From: Utricularia gibba
Lineage: Eukaryota > Plantae > Magnoliophyta
Direction of reading: 5' to 3'
Length of the DNA stretch: 64,000 bases
NCBI GenBank assembly: GCA_002189035.1
Contig: CM007989.1
Location: 4,030,001 to 4,094,000 of the forward strand
Part shown: positions 38,501-51,589 of the stretch, piece by piece
Layout of the letters: every line of letters begins with the position of its first letter
How positions within the stretch are numbered: position 1 is the stretch's first letter
Notes under the pieces: generated by a model
Database searches by the model: none
Told to the model about the DNA's origin: nothing
The model's input: the letters and a program-made list of their open reading frames with translations, nothing else
Made by a program: the position numbers and the translations under genes

Positions 38501-41500
38501 CTTTCCAACATTGTCGTCCTGTATTATGTATTGACGCAACCCATCTTTATAGTCGATATGGATATAAGTTACTTGTCTGCGTTGCTATTGATGCAAATAA
38601 TTCTGTTTGCCCCCATTGCGTATGCCTTTGTTCCAGAAGAATCTGGGCACGATTGGGCTTGGTTTGTTGAACAGTTGAATGAGAACATTGTTCGCACACG
38701 TCATGATGTATGTTTTATCAGTGATCGAGGATCTGAACTTATTGCAGCATATAATATGTATCCAGTAAATTATGTGTTTTCCATATTCGAAAGAATACGG
38801 TGAGTCATATAGGTTCAAGATCACCAGGTATCTCTGAATTAGTGAGAAAGGCAGCCTATGCTACAACAGAACGCAACTATAATAGAGCAATGGAGCAAAT
38901 TCGAAATAAATCTCAAAAGGCATATGACTATCTTCTTAATATCGATAAAGAAATATGGACATTATTTTATGATCCAATAAGAGTAAGGTATGCATTTTCA
39001 TTTATTATAAAAAACTGCTTTATATTTTTTAATATATGATATTATTCCACAGGCATACTATTATGACAACAAACCACACCGAGGCAATGAATCGAGTTTT
39101 ACGTGATGTTCGTCGTCATCCTCTGACCCAAATAGTGAAGGTATAAAATATTAAATTATATTCTTGTTAATATATGACAACTAAATACATATTTATGTGC
39201 AGTTTACCTTTGATAAAGAACGAGAGTACTTCAAACGGTATAGAGAAGCGGCACGTAAAAGACATGCACGACAAATACCATATGGTCGAAGAGTGAATGA
39301 CTTATATAATAAGGCATCACAAGAAATACAGAGTCGTCATTGCACCACATACGACTCAAGAAATTTTATAGCTCGTGTTACCTCGATGGGAACTCACTCT
39401 ATGTCTACATTCACAGTTGACGTCAAAAATTGTGAATGTGAATGTGGGATTTGGCAATTGCATATGTATGCATGTTCTCATGCCCAAAAGGTAATTTTAT
39501 ATTTTTTTTATAATTATATAATGTTTGATTTATCTCATAATATTGAAATATGTAGGCATGCCATCATTTTCGAATCAATCCACAAGATAAGGTATCTATA
39601 TATTTTAAGACTTCTTCATTGGTGGATACATATGTAGCACAAGTACATCCATTACGAGATGAGAAAGATTGGGATCCAGTATCATTTATACTCTCTGTAG
39701 ATCCATCTCGTATTCGGACCAAGATTGGGCAAGCTACGACTACACGGAACAAGGGTCCTGTTGATTTTCAAGCTTCTCGAAGACGTAGTCATCGACGGCA
39801 AGAAGCGCATGATCCTCATGAATTCTCTAGACAAGACCCAGAATTATCTGAGCCAGCTTCAACACATGAACCTCATACTCGTCGTCATTCAGGTTTAGAA
39901 GATTTGTCCACACATGTACCTGATAACAGTCAGATAACACGAAGACGCCGTCCTCAAAGTCGACATCTCCCAAGTACAATGGACACAAGACGAGATGTGA
40001 ATCTCATACCTATTGATGTTCAGGCTGATTACAACTCATCATCAAGGCATTCATCATACGTGGGGATGTCATCGACTTCTCAAATTCCTCCAACTCAAGC
40101 AGGTAGATATTCCTTATCAGATCCCTCGCAATTATCAGAACCTACACTTGGTCTAGGTCCATCGGAGCTCATGCCCAATCCACCTTGTCAATCTACTTCT
40201 CTACTTAGAAGGGTTATTCCACATTTTTTGCGTTCTAATCCACAAAATAACTCTTAATGTGTTGTATTATGCATTATATATAAGTTTTAGACTTTTATTG
40301 TGAAATTTGATATGAAAATTTTCATTTATACACTTTAATATGAAATAAAATAATAAACCAAAAATATTTGAAAACATTATAGAGAAAATACAGTATTAAA
40401 TTTTTTTTGAATTAATAGATATAAGTTAGTTATATAGATGTTTTTTTTTATAAAATGGTAAATAAGGTGTAATATACAATATATTTTTTTCATCAATAAT
40501 ATGTAACTTATTAAGTAAACTAGTGAAATGGACTTTTATAAACTTTTTATTTGCAAAATACCCCTAATCAGTAGATATTAGTATAAATAGATTTGTAATT
40601 AGTTTTGAACTGACTAGTTCCGAATCGGTTCAAAATCAATCGCAACTCTACCAAAACTAGAACCAAACCGCACGGATTCGATTAGAACCACTGTTTTAAG
40701 TAAAATATTAAAAGTTAATTTAAAATAAATAATTGAATTTATAGGGAGTAGGCACCCACAACACCTAGATTACATGTCTGGAGCTCCTGAGGAAAGCATT
40801 TTCGTGCATCCAAAAAACTTTTGTGGACATGTTGGGTAAGCCATTGATCAAAATAACATTTAACAATCAATTAATAATACAAATTTAAAATAAAAAATAA
40901 TTATTCTATACAAATAATATTTAATGATCAATTGATTATATAAATTTAAAATAAAAAATATACACCCAATTAAAATAACACTTGAGAATCGTTTGATAAT
41001 TTCAATTTAAAATAATAAATATGTATTGAATTCAAATAATAATTAAGCAGTCAAAAATACTTAATTATCTTAACAAAAATATAAATAAAAAGTAGGGTTA
41101 GATTTAATTAAAATTTATGGTTTATAAATATAATTAAATATTTTTTATAATACACAAAAGTAGGGTTATAATTAGTTATTCATTAAAAAATATAATATAT
41201 AATGAACACAAATTGAATCATCGACCGTTTAAATGTAAAAAAACAAAAGTACTGTCAATTAAGCTACAGACATGATTCATACTTAAACCGTACTTGTATG
41301 TAGATTACTTGTTAATCTTTAAGTGTTATTTGGATCTAATGAATATTTTTTTATTTTAAATTTGAATTCTCAGTTGATACTTAGTGTTTTTTTTGATTGA
41401 GTGTATATTTTTTATTTTAAAATTGAATTATCATTTGATTATTAGGCGTTATTTGGATTAATTGTTTATTTTTTTTAATTTTGATTGTATTATCAATTGA

Positions 41501-41814
41501 TTCTTAAATGTATAGATTATATATTTTTTATTTTACATTTGTTTTATAAGTTATTTAACATTTGGAATATTTTGAAATCAAAACAAGTGTAATTATTCAA
41601 CCGAATTCGTTGGAGTGGTGAATAATTTCATTAATATAATATTTTAATAATTTTTAGATATTATTATGAAAACAAAATCAATGGTAATGAAATATATACA
41701 TCAAATACATAAATATATACATACAATTGTATGTGTATGTTAGCTATTTTGCAAATACGGTTCAAAAACATAGTTACTTTGCCAATAATATTTACTGACA
41801 TAAATTATTTCCCC
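35513..41814 (+). mobile_element. Mutator-like element with a disrupted transposase (about 36930-40257)
   Basis: MULE domain CRPVLCIDATHLY...AIDANN, FISDRG, TTNHTEAMN and SWIM finger CECGIWQLHMYACSH. Frameshift near 38630; MuDR domain missing. Imperfect TIRs (ATTGGCAAAGTAACTA at 35587, inverted at about 41771); no TSD seen. Confidence 0.85.
40856..41510. mobile_element. AT-rich foldback element (inverted repeats of about 190 bp)
   Basis: 40856-41050 aligns by eye at about 70% to the reverse complement of 41311-41510. Confidence 0.55.
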
Positions 41815-42522
41815 AATTTAATCGATCTGGAATATCCTTTGTTTCACGTCTGCCCCTCCGTGCCGCGGGTCATCAGAGGGACCACCAGTATCTTACGGCG
41901 ATGCGCGGTGGGACCCATACATTTATAAAATATCTTGAAATGCTGGTTGGATTTAGAAAATAAAAAAATACTTTATTCTAAAAACAAATCACAAATAAAA
42001 ACTTGACGTGCAATATAGTTTTCTTTATTGAGAATTTACTTAATCCAAACCCGAATTTGTGAATACATATATGGATTCATGTACATCTATTCAATTAAAT
42101 TTTTATTAAAAATAAAAATTAAAAAACAAGAAAAATGGTTCCTCAAAGCATATTATTCATTCTCATTATTTTAAAATTTTGACATATTTAATCCCCATTA
42201 TCTTATAGAACTGGTAAAATTGAGTCTCAATGTTTGACAAATTGACAGAAATGGTATCCAATAATTTATTACCCATTATTTATATATCATTTTGATATAA
42301 ATAGTCTTATTAACATAAAAATTGTTGAATTGAATGTAAAAAATTATGCAAACATATCAAACCACCACAAATATTTTTACAACAGTGGGTGAAACATGCT
42401 TCGTCTTTTTTACTGATACAGTACACTGGCTATAGACATGGACCCTAGTGGGACCCACGGTCAGCTCTGGCGGACTGCCACCTTCTTCTCCGGGAGAAGA
42501 GAATAAATGAAGGAAATTGAGA

Positions 42523-42852
42523 TTACTCGGAATCTGTGGAGTGAGGAGGACTGAAGGCAAGAGTGGTTGCGTCAGGGGAGGTCATCGGCGAGCACTCCGA
42601 GGATTCGCCCTTGTCGGAGATGGAGTATTTCTCGTCGGCGTTTCTGGAGAAGGGCATCCTAGCTTTCTCGATGTCCTTCTGTGCCGGGATCCGAGTCGCA
42701 TCTTGTGCCGCTCCGTGCGGCGGCGCCGTCGCAGGGTCCACCAGATTCTTGAGGCGATTGGCGATGGCACGCAGATATTCGCCGATGTCGTGACAAATCT
42801 GAGCCTTCACGGCGCCCCGCCGCCTCGAAAACGCTTTATCCCGTCGATCCAT
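42523..42852 (-). CDS. Small plant-specific protein Y2 (109 aa), paralog of Y1
   Basis: Intact ORF MDRRDKAFSRRRGAVKAQICHDIG...; TATA-like TATAAAT on the - strand near 42925-42931. Confidence 0.75.
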   Translation of the reverse strand: MDRRDKAFSRRRGAVKAQICHDIGEYLRAIANRLKNLVDPATAPPHGAAQDATRIPAQKDIEKARMPFSRNADEKYSISDKGESSECSPMTSPDATTLAFSPPHSTDSE

Positions 42853-42998
42853 AAGGCTTATAAGAAGAAAGAGAAGTTTTTTTTTTTTTTTGATGAAGCA
42901 GCACAACTGAAGATGATGTACCAATTTATATTTTTTTTTTGAAAATTACCAAAAAAAAGGTATTAAAATCTCTTCACTTACGATCAACAGAAGGAAGA

Positions 42999-43017
42999 CG
43001 CGTTAGGCAACCGCGTT
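42999..43017. promoter_or_regulatory. Paired CGCGTT boxes (RSRE/CAMTA type) upstream of Y2
   Basis: CGCGTT at 42999-43004 and 43012-43017, identical to the Y1 upstream block. Confidence 0.6.
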
Positions 43018-43596
43018 TAGTTTCCTATTATATATAATATATCATCAAAAACTGCCATTTTTTTTAAAAAATAATGTATTATTAGATTATATAAATTCAA
43101 TAGAAATTCAGCCGATCGTCTTTTTCCACATCACCGAGCGGGCACATGCGTAGAATTGGTGACGTGGTTTTCTGGATTAAAAAAATAAGTGATCTAATTA
43201 AATGATTAACTACCTAATTAATGAGCATCTAGTCTTAACAAAGCATTATATTCCTTAATAATTCCAACATCAATGGGGTTCACATCAATAGTATAGTAAC
43301 GGATAAAACTAGGCATGATGTGTACGGTGTAGAAATTATTAATAATTGATTGAATATATTTTTTTAATGTAAAATACTGTATACTTGATTTTTAGGTATG
43401 CACCTTCCATAATTGAATCCTTTAGAATATGTTCATGTCCACATGGTGTTTTGAGTATAATTTTTAATCTTATATGCAAACCCGCTTTTCCCAAATTATT
43501 TTGTTTTCTAAAACTATTGATACAACTTTATATAGGATTTTTTTTATCTGAACTTTATTATAATAAATCAAATGCACTTAAATTTTCATATTTACC

Positions 43597-43882
43597 GTGA
43601 ACCGCACCGGCGACGGCGGTTGCGCACTTGATCATGCGCAAGATTCCGGCGTCACAACCGGGGAGATCTTATGAGGATTCAGAGCTTTGGCAAGGCCACA
43701 CTCCCAGAGGACGCCCATCCCTCGGAATTCACAGCCGACAAACAGAAGTTTGCTGGCCACTCAGGGGAAAAAAGAAAAGAAAGGATGTCGTTCCACTCTC
43801 CGCAAAATCCGATGGCCGTCTTTCCTTGCCAGAGGTGGTGGCGCCGCCGTAGAAAATAAAAACCCAGAACATTCTAGATTTT
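43597..43882 (+). pseudogene. Element X': decayed paralog of X
   Basis: Shares blocks GCACTTGATCATG, GGCCACACTCCC, CAAAATCCGATGGCCGTCTTTCC and AACCCAGAAC with 21130-21413. Confidence 0.4.
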
Positions 43883-44984
43883 ACTCCGACGGCGTGGGTT
43901 GAGCTGTCAGCATCCATACACGGAGGCGCACGACGCGTTGAAATATTTGTCGGGTGCGCTGTTTGTGCGTGTGAAGATAAGAAAAAGGCCAATTATCAAA
44001 ATATTTAATATCAGTTACTTGTCTAGGGAATCTCGTACACGTGATCTAGAAACATAATCTTAAATATGGATTTTAAGTATTTTTCAAAATTATATTAATA
44101 TTTCAAAATTATTAAAAATATCTTTTTATGGTAAAAAAAATCTTCTTGATCTCCCCCTAACCAATTTTCAACTCAGGAGTTGGACTGGGCTTTGAAAAAC
44201 ATAATTCATTGTCACTTTTTATATCCTTTTATTTAACATTTGTATTTCCGACGGCGACGTCGCTGACTGTGACAAACTTGGCCGCCAAACAACTCGAATT
44301 ATTAAATACATATTTCGTAATAGTCATTTTTAAAAAAATTATTTCATTGATTATCTATTTCATGTGTTGATCAATAAAAATAATAACATAATTTTTATTT
44401 AATAAAAATATATTTATTAAATACAAATTTTTAGATGATAAAAAATAAATTTTACAGAATTTGTAATACAATTAATATACTCCGTAATCAATTGTATTAA
44501 TAATTATATTTTCATACTACTTAGCTTATAGCCTGCAAATATTTTGTGGGTTACAAACGTGTGTGATTTATTTATATTTTATTTACGGATGTGGATTATG
44601 GTAAACCACTCCTTTACCCCATAGACTGTGTACAAAAAAATAATGATAATGATTTATTAGAATGGCCAAATATAATTTAATTTTATGTCTATTTTAATTA
44701 GCTAATTGTCTTTAGTTCTATATTGTCAATTTCCATGATTGGATAGCGCACCAAAACGCATTCATTACTAACGAAAGACATAGACTGCATTTATTGTGCT
44801 CATTTGAATAGAATTCAGAATTAAATGATAAATAAATTCCAATACAAATGACAAAGAAGTATCCAAATGAGTTGAATTAAAAAAAATTAAATGGGTATGA
44901 CTATATAAGAGATTAAAATTAAAATTTTCACAGTACAAAAAAAGAATTAATTTATAAAAGATAATTTAAATAGATATAAGAATA

Positions 44985-45337
44985 TTGTCATATTCCTTTA
45001 ACGAACATCATGGATCTAATCACATATTCGAGAAAATTTTAAACTGTAAACTCTATTGGTTAAAAATTTTCAAGGATTGTTATGCTTATTACAAAGGTTA
45101 TTCACCATGCCAATGGATAGACAATTTATCGAAGAGAAATGAAATGCCGAGAAATTTTGATCTATAAACTATTCAATGTTTTAAGTATCGATTTTATAGA
45201 GCTATTCTCTACTACTATAAAATTTAATTATATTTTAGTGGATATTACTTATATTGAGGCAATTTGTAGAAGCATGAACGATGTCAAAATGGTTATTAGT
45301 TTTCTATGCAACATCTTTATATTCTACGAAACTATTA
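44985..45337 (+). mobile_element. Gypsy/Athila integrase remnant
   Basis: KILNCKLYWLKIFKDCY...LSKRNEMP...LFNVLSIDFI matches the zinc-finger/rve junction of Athila integrase. Confidence 0.75.
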
Positions 45338-48300
45338 GGATATGTTTGGTTGGTTCTAAAATACGGAAATTAAAATTACTAATATTCATATCCCATGTGT
45401 TGGTTGAAGGAATTTAAAAATACCGGTATATGGGATTATTAATTTAAATCCCTCCAAATTGGGAATTAAAAATGGAATCTATAAAGATAGTATTTTAAAT
45501 TATCTAAACTTTATTTATATTTATACGCTTATACTAGGTTTACTTTTCTCAATTCATGACCAAAATTGTTTTGGAAGTTTGAGAATTCAGACGACATTCC
45601 TTAGTGAGGAAATCCTTTTGCTTACTTAGAGCTAGTAAGTAGGTGCTTCACCTACTACTTGCACCATATCTATACTTGCTTCTTGATTTGTTTTCTCTAC
45701 TTTTGTTATAAGGTAACTACGTTTGAAAGTTTAATTTGTATTTCAATCAAATACAACTGTTTTTTTAAGAGAATTAAGGTTTCCATTTTTTGAAATATGT
45801 TGAGAAATCAACAATTTTTACCAGAATAACATCACTATTGATGTTCTAAGATGAAGTCATTTTGAATGTAAAAGTTCATTATTTTTATTAGTTATGAAGA
45901 CAGGTGGGGCAAGCAAGTTGTGCAATGGGATCATCAACAAAAAGATATTTGATGTTGTTGATTTTCAGCATAGTGGCGACACAAATGATTCTTCAAATTA
46001 AGTTATACCTTTTTTATGTTGAAGTTATGTTCAAATTAAGTTATTGATACTCTCTTTGTGAGAGGATCTCAAAATAGGTAAAGTATTTGAGAGATGTAGT
46101 GAGTTACTATAAAGGAGCAGCATTTGACACTTTTAAAAAACTTTTAGAAAATTTGAGGCTTCATCTAAATACTTTTAAAAAACTGTGTTATTCTTAAAGA
46201 ACACAAGGGTTTTAAATCAAGAAGGTATGTTATAATTTTAGAGATGATTATCTTATTTCTTGGTATTTTAACTTATCACAGGAACCAAAGGATTAAAAAA
46301 TTTAGCTTCCATCATTCTACATTTATCGTGTAGATATATTTCCATGAGGTCTTGCAATCTATGCTCTGATTACATGAAATTTTGTTAATAAAACCACACA
46401 AAATCTTTTAGCTACTTCAAGGTATAACTTTATGAAATAATATTTTTTTTGCTCCCTTTTTTTAGTATTCACTCCATTAATGTATTTAAAGGATTGTCAC
46501 GGAGCACTAGATGGTTCATACATTAACATTATGGAGAAAGAAGTGGGCAAACCACGATATCACACTCGTAAGTGAGCAATTTTGACAAATGTTCTTCATA
46601 TCTGTGATGAGAAAATGTGTTTTATCTACGTTCTTAGTAGATGGAAAGACTCCACAGTTGATGGATGTGTACTTCAAGATGCACTAACAATGAATCTAGA
46701 ATTTAAAATTCATAGAGGTAACAATAGGTTGATGATGCTTATTTATCTCACTTGGATTAGATTTCAAGAACTCTCTTACCTATAATCTAGCATATTATGA
46801 TTTTACAAATATCATGTTTATTGTATGCTTGCTATCTTTTTTATACAATTTTCTTAACTCTATTTTTGGTACTGGTCAATTACTATTTAGCGAATTGTGA
46901 TTATATTATATATGATGGATTTATGACCTCTTTATCGAGAGGTTCTATACCACATAAAAGACTGGGGGCCAAGGCAACAATAACCTTAGAATCCATAAAA
47001 AAACTTCAATATGCAGCACATGAAGGAAAGGAATGCATCATTCTATTCTATAAAATGCAAAGTAGAATGATTATTGCATGTCCAATGTTACATAATGTTA
47101 TTCAAAATACTATAGATGTTGATCTATGGGAGTCATAGATTGTTGAGAATCATCATAAGGTTGCTATAGATGACTTTATTGTTATAATAGAGGGCATACC
47201 TGGATGGACTTCATGGTGTGATCAACTAGCAGACTCAATGTACAATGATTAGTTGCAGGGTAGATAGTAAGAGTCATTATTGTTCTTCACCTTTATTGCT
47301 ATATTTTCCTGATGGAGGCAGACTTTTGGACAAAAACATGATGTTAAATGTTTTCCTTTTTATGTTTCATTTGGCTTTGAATTTTACTTGTTTGGTATTC
47401 ATGAATGTTATAGAGATATTTGTCAAGTTTTGAACTTATGATTTTACTCAAAAACTCCAACATGTTAATAAGTTATTATGTTAAGAAAGGGAGGTTCTAA
47501 ATTGTTTTTAGTTATGAAAACTATATTTTTAGGCATAAAATTATTGAAATAATGGGAATTAATATTGCTAGATCAAGACAACGAAGAATAAATAAGCAAG
47601 ATATGCGAATGTCACATGGACAATAGAATATTATCAACCAATTTCTCTCTATCATTATTGATCATACCTTGAAAGCATTCCATACTTCCTATATCATTGA
47701 GAAGCTTGAAGAGACTCTCAAGGTGTTCGTTGATGTAAAATTCATGTTTGGAAGTAATATAGAGACTTTCTTTCGATCTTCAGTCAGATTTTAAAGATGG
47801 ATACTTTTGTAATCATGGCTTATTAGTGGTGTTAGTCATTGCTTTCATTTTATCTTCTAACTAGGTCACAATTAGGTCAACATCATTGACCATCTTCTGC
47901 TTCACCAACTTTGCTTTTCTTATTCCAAAACCTATAGATGACTTTGTTTTAATTTCAGACGACTTGCCGACCAATTGATTAATATCCTCAATTATAGATG
48001 TAATTGTTGATTGTGCAAGTATCGCTTTTGTCTCCTCCTCATTACAGCCAACCCCACCATCAAAAGTAGCTCTATAGTTACCATAAATCTCACATCAACC
48101 TCCATAAAATAAAAATGTCTTGTCTTTCAATTTGTTATACTTTTCTTTATCATGCTATGACATAAAGAAAATAAGTTAATGACATGTAAACAACATCATA
48201 ATGAAATATAAATGATCGAAACACCTACAACAACTCTTTCCATTGTTCTTGGGTTGCTTCAACCTATTTTCAAATATAATTGAAACTATTACCGGATTTG
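45338..48300 (+). mobile_element. Degenerate PIF/Harbinger element 2
   Basis: Left TIR GGATATGTTTGGTTGG after TTA. Nuclease remnants (GALDGS, TNVLHICD, YVLSRWKDS) on the + strand; weak Myb/SANT-like remnant on the - strand at about 47600-48260. Right TIR not found. Confidence 0.7.
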
Positions 48301-48346
48301 GCTAAGAATTCACAAAATGTAAAGTCTATTTTCTATATCTTGAACT

Positions 48347-49176
48347 TTGATATGAACCCATCAAGAAAACCCGACAAGTCTTCACTATTATAAAAAGACC
48401 AAAACACGAAGATCGAAGAGAGAGTCAGTTTTCGGATTTAGAGTCAAATCCAACATTTTTTGGATTCCTTTCCTTTCATTTTTCATCAACTTTTGTTGTA
48501 TACAGTCAAGCATGCGTGTGTGGGCACAACGATTACAGATCTACAGTGAAATCTTGCTTGTGCAAATCCTACGCAAGTGACCGTCTTACTATATTTTTCG
48601 GCATTTAATTTGAGGTTTGAATTTCTATTTTTTGCAACTTTTTCTTTACCATTGTGATTTCTAGTACCATATAACCTTAAGGGAGTGTGGAAAAATCAAA
48701 GGTTAACCTTAAGCACCTAAGGAGAAGGGCTCAATTGGGCATCGTTAGTAAGGCATATTCCGTCTAATCTATCTACGATGTGAGAGGTGTAGAGGTTAGA
48801 TTTACATGAGGGGAAAACATTGGTTATCATAGGAGGTGTAATGGCTCTGATGGCGTAGTTGATTCCATAATATTACAAAACAAGGAACGGTGCTATAACG
48901 GTTACCAAGTAGAACTACTTTACAATTACACTCTAAAAGCTTGCACAAGTAAGTCGGTGATTAAGTTTCGCGCACACACAATTGTACGAGTTTTGAGCAG
49001 GATGAATCCTAGATTCAAGGCCACTTTTCTTATTGTTTTTAAAACCAAATCTTTCTTTTATTTTCAGTATTTTTTGAATTTTTGTTTGAAAAGAAAACTT
49101 TAATAACAATTCTTAGTGGATACGATCTTTATTTTATTATTTCGATGATTTTGGTGCATTTGTAGAATTACCATCA
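48347..49176 (+). mobile_element. 5'-truncated LTR, family 1
   Basis: Collinear with 6750-7598 and ends in ACCATCA. Confidence 0.85.
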
Positions 49177-50199
49177 TTTATCAGTGATAAATGTACTCAT
49201 TTTTACAACCAAAGACTTAAGGAGGTGTTTCGTATTGTTTTCTCAATAAATTTTAATTATAAAAACGTAAAACACAATTAAGAAAAGTAAGAGTGTTTAT
49301 CATAGAAAGAAGAGTTTTGTGAAAAGTGTTTTGTTCTTACCTATTTTAAATTGTAATAGATTTGTAAAAGGGGTTTAAAATACTGAAACACGAAGTGAAC
49401 CGTAAATAATAACTGGTTTTAACATAATGCACATAATATGATTTATTATCTACATTTCATGTTACATTTTTTGAGATACAAAGACTTTACTACTTCTTTA
49501 TCTTTCATCACCTTGGCTTTCATTAGTTTTTATGAATAATCGGTTAGAGGAGTAACGAATAATTTATTCTCCCTTACAATTTTTTTCAAGAAGGATTGAT
49601 ATCGATTGACTTCAAAAATCGAATTATGTGCATATGTTTGGCTATTGCCAATCATCAATGACCCGAGTAAAAAGTCTGAATTCACTATCTTCTTTAAATC
49701 AATAGGGTTAGAGATGTTGCTCTACATTAAAATTCATGAAGTATGGTCAAATGCTCATAGATTATGAGCAATGCATTACAGAGAGATTGTAAATGGAAAT
49801 ATGCCAAATTTGGAATAAAGTCAATGAATAATCGAGAGTTTTGTTCAAGATATTGAAGAAACTTTATCAATTTCCAAAAACTAGAAACGCTAGATACAAA
49901 CGCTCATGAAAAATAGAAATGAAAATGGGAAAAGGAAAGTCTTCTTCATCCTTATGGTGAAGAGGAAAAACAAACGTCCTACAAGTTCAAGTGTAAAATA
50001 TTGAGAGAAAAGTTTCATATGAGAAGTTCAAAGGCTACATTCATTCACATCTCCAAAATGCATTTATTTTTCTTGCTTCTCTTACTTCATTTCTTCTATC
50101 TTTCTTATGGATTTAGCTTCTACATTTGTGTAAGAAATTTTTCCAATCATTAAAATAGATTCTGATATGTCATAATATATGAGCCATGAACAATATCAA

Positions 50200-51458
50200 C
50201 GTTAAGTGTCAGTTTTTAGTTATTTATTATGTATTATTAGGTGTTAATCTAGTATTAAGTTGTTCAAATTAGGAGTCTTATTATTAAGTATTTGAATTTT
50301 ATTAGAAAATTTCTATTTTCCTATTTTGTATATATTTTTTGCCTTTTTTCTCACACTTTGACCGAGACATGCTAGAAGGTTAGACTTTGACTTTTCGTGT
50401 CTTGTACGTGACTTGGAACAATTGTGGGCGGAAGCCTGACACTAGTCAAGGATCCTGACTTACGACATGTCAGAGTCTGGAGCAATGATTGGGCGCTAAC
50501 TTGCATGCAAAGGAAAGCTGCTGACGCATGCAAGATAGAAGTAATGATGGAAGGAGACCCAAATGAGTTAATGCATATGAGAAGTGATATAAAAATCACT
50601 TGGAGCACTTAGTTTCGAAATCTTTTGCCATTTCCTCTTTGTACTTAGAACTTTTGAATTCTTCCTACCCTCAAGGAGGAAGAACACTTCATTTTCAATT
50701 TCATTTCTATTTTCATGGCCTTTTTGGGCTAAAACCTTTTAGTTTTTGGGAGAAGATGAGGTTTCTTTCCACGTCTTGAGCAATACACTCAGTTCTTCAT
50801 TGAATTAAATTCGGATTTCGCTTACTTCCACGCATCTTGTTGCAGTCATTCTGTAACGACTCCTAATCAAGGTCCATGAGTAGCAGGCCACTCCTCGTGG
50901 ATTTTGATAAAGATCAAGATGAAGAGCACCAACTCCAACCCTACCGATTCGAGGGAAGTAGCGGATTATTTGTGACCTAGGTACCGTAACAGTGGACATG
51001 TTTTGACCTCGGACCTACCACTAGCCACAGCTGGGCACATGCACACAATTCGGTTTTGAAGGCAATCCTCTTGTGTTCCTAATCATCCAAGGGGGAATCA
51101 CATGAGGCTATTCCCGTGCCTCCTGTTCAATCAGAATGCATGGGAGAGTAGACTATTCCTTGCTCCTATAACCAGCTATTCGAAAGAAATCAGTGAAAAC
51201 CAAGGTGAGGATAGACAAAGGAAGGAGATGGAATCTTATTCCTAGCAACTACGTCCCGTAGTCAAGGCCCATGACTTAGGTTGTAACTTTTATTTCTGCA
51301 TCTCAAAAACCCCCTTTTGCAAAACCGTGACATTTTGTGAAAGTATCTTATAAACACTTTTCACGAAAAAAAACTCTCTAAGATCATTACCCGTACTACC
51401 TTTTTGTGTTTTACGTTTTATAAATATTTAAAATTTGTTGACAAAACGACACGCAACA
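50200..51458 (+). mobile_element. Solo LTR, Athila-type family 2
   Basis: TSD ATCAA at 50195-50199 and 51459-51463. Distantly similar to LTR 59505-60854. Confidence 0.7.
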
Positions 51459-51589
51459 ATCAATCTTCCACCCACCATGAATTTAGGTTATTTACAAGCT
51501 TCAAAAGTATAGTCTTTGTCTCCTTGAAGTCTCATGCCACACTCCAACATTGCTTCTTGCAATTTTTGAATGAAAGTAAACAAAAATGC

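Noticed and set aside
40570-40700. hAT-like terminal motif cluster
   Set aside because: No matching second end or TSD found.
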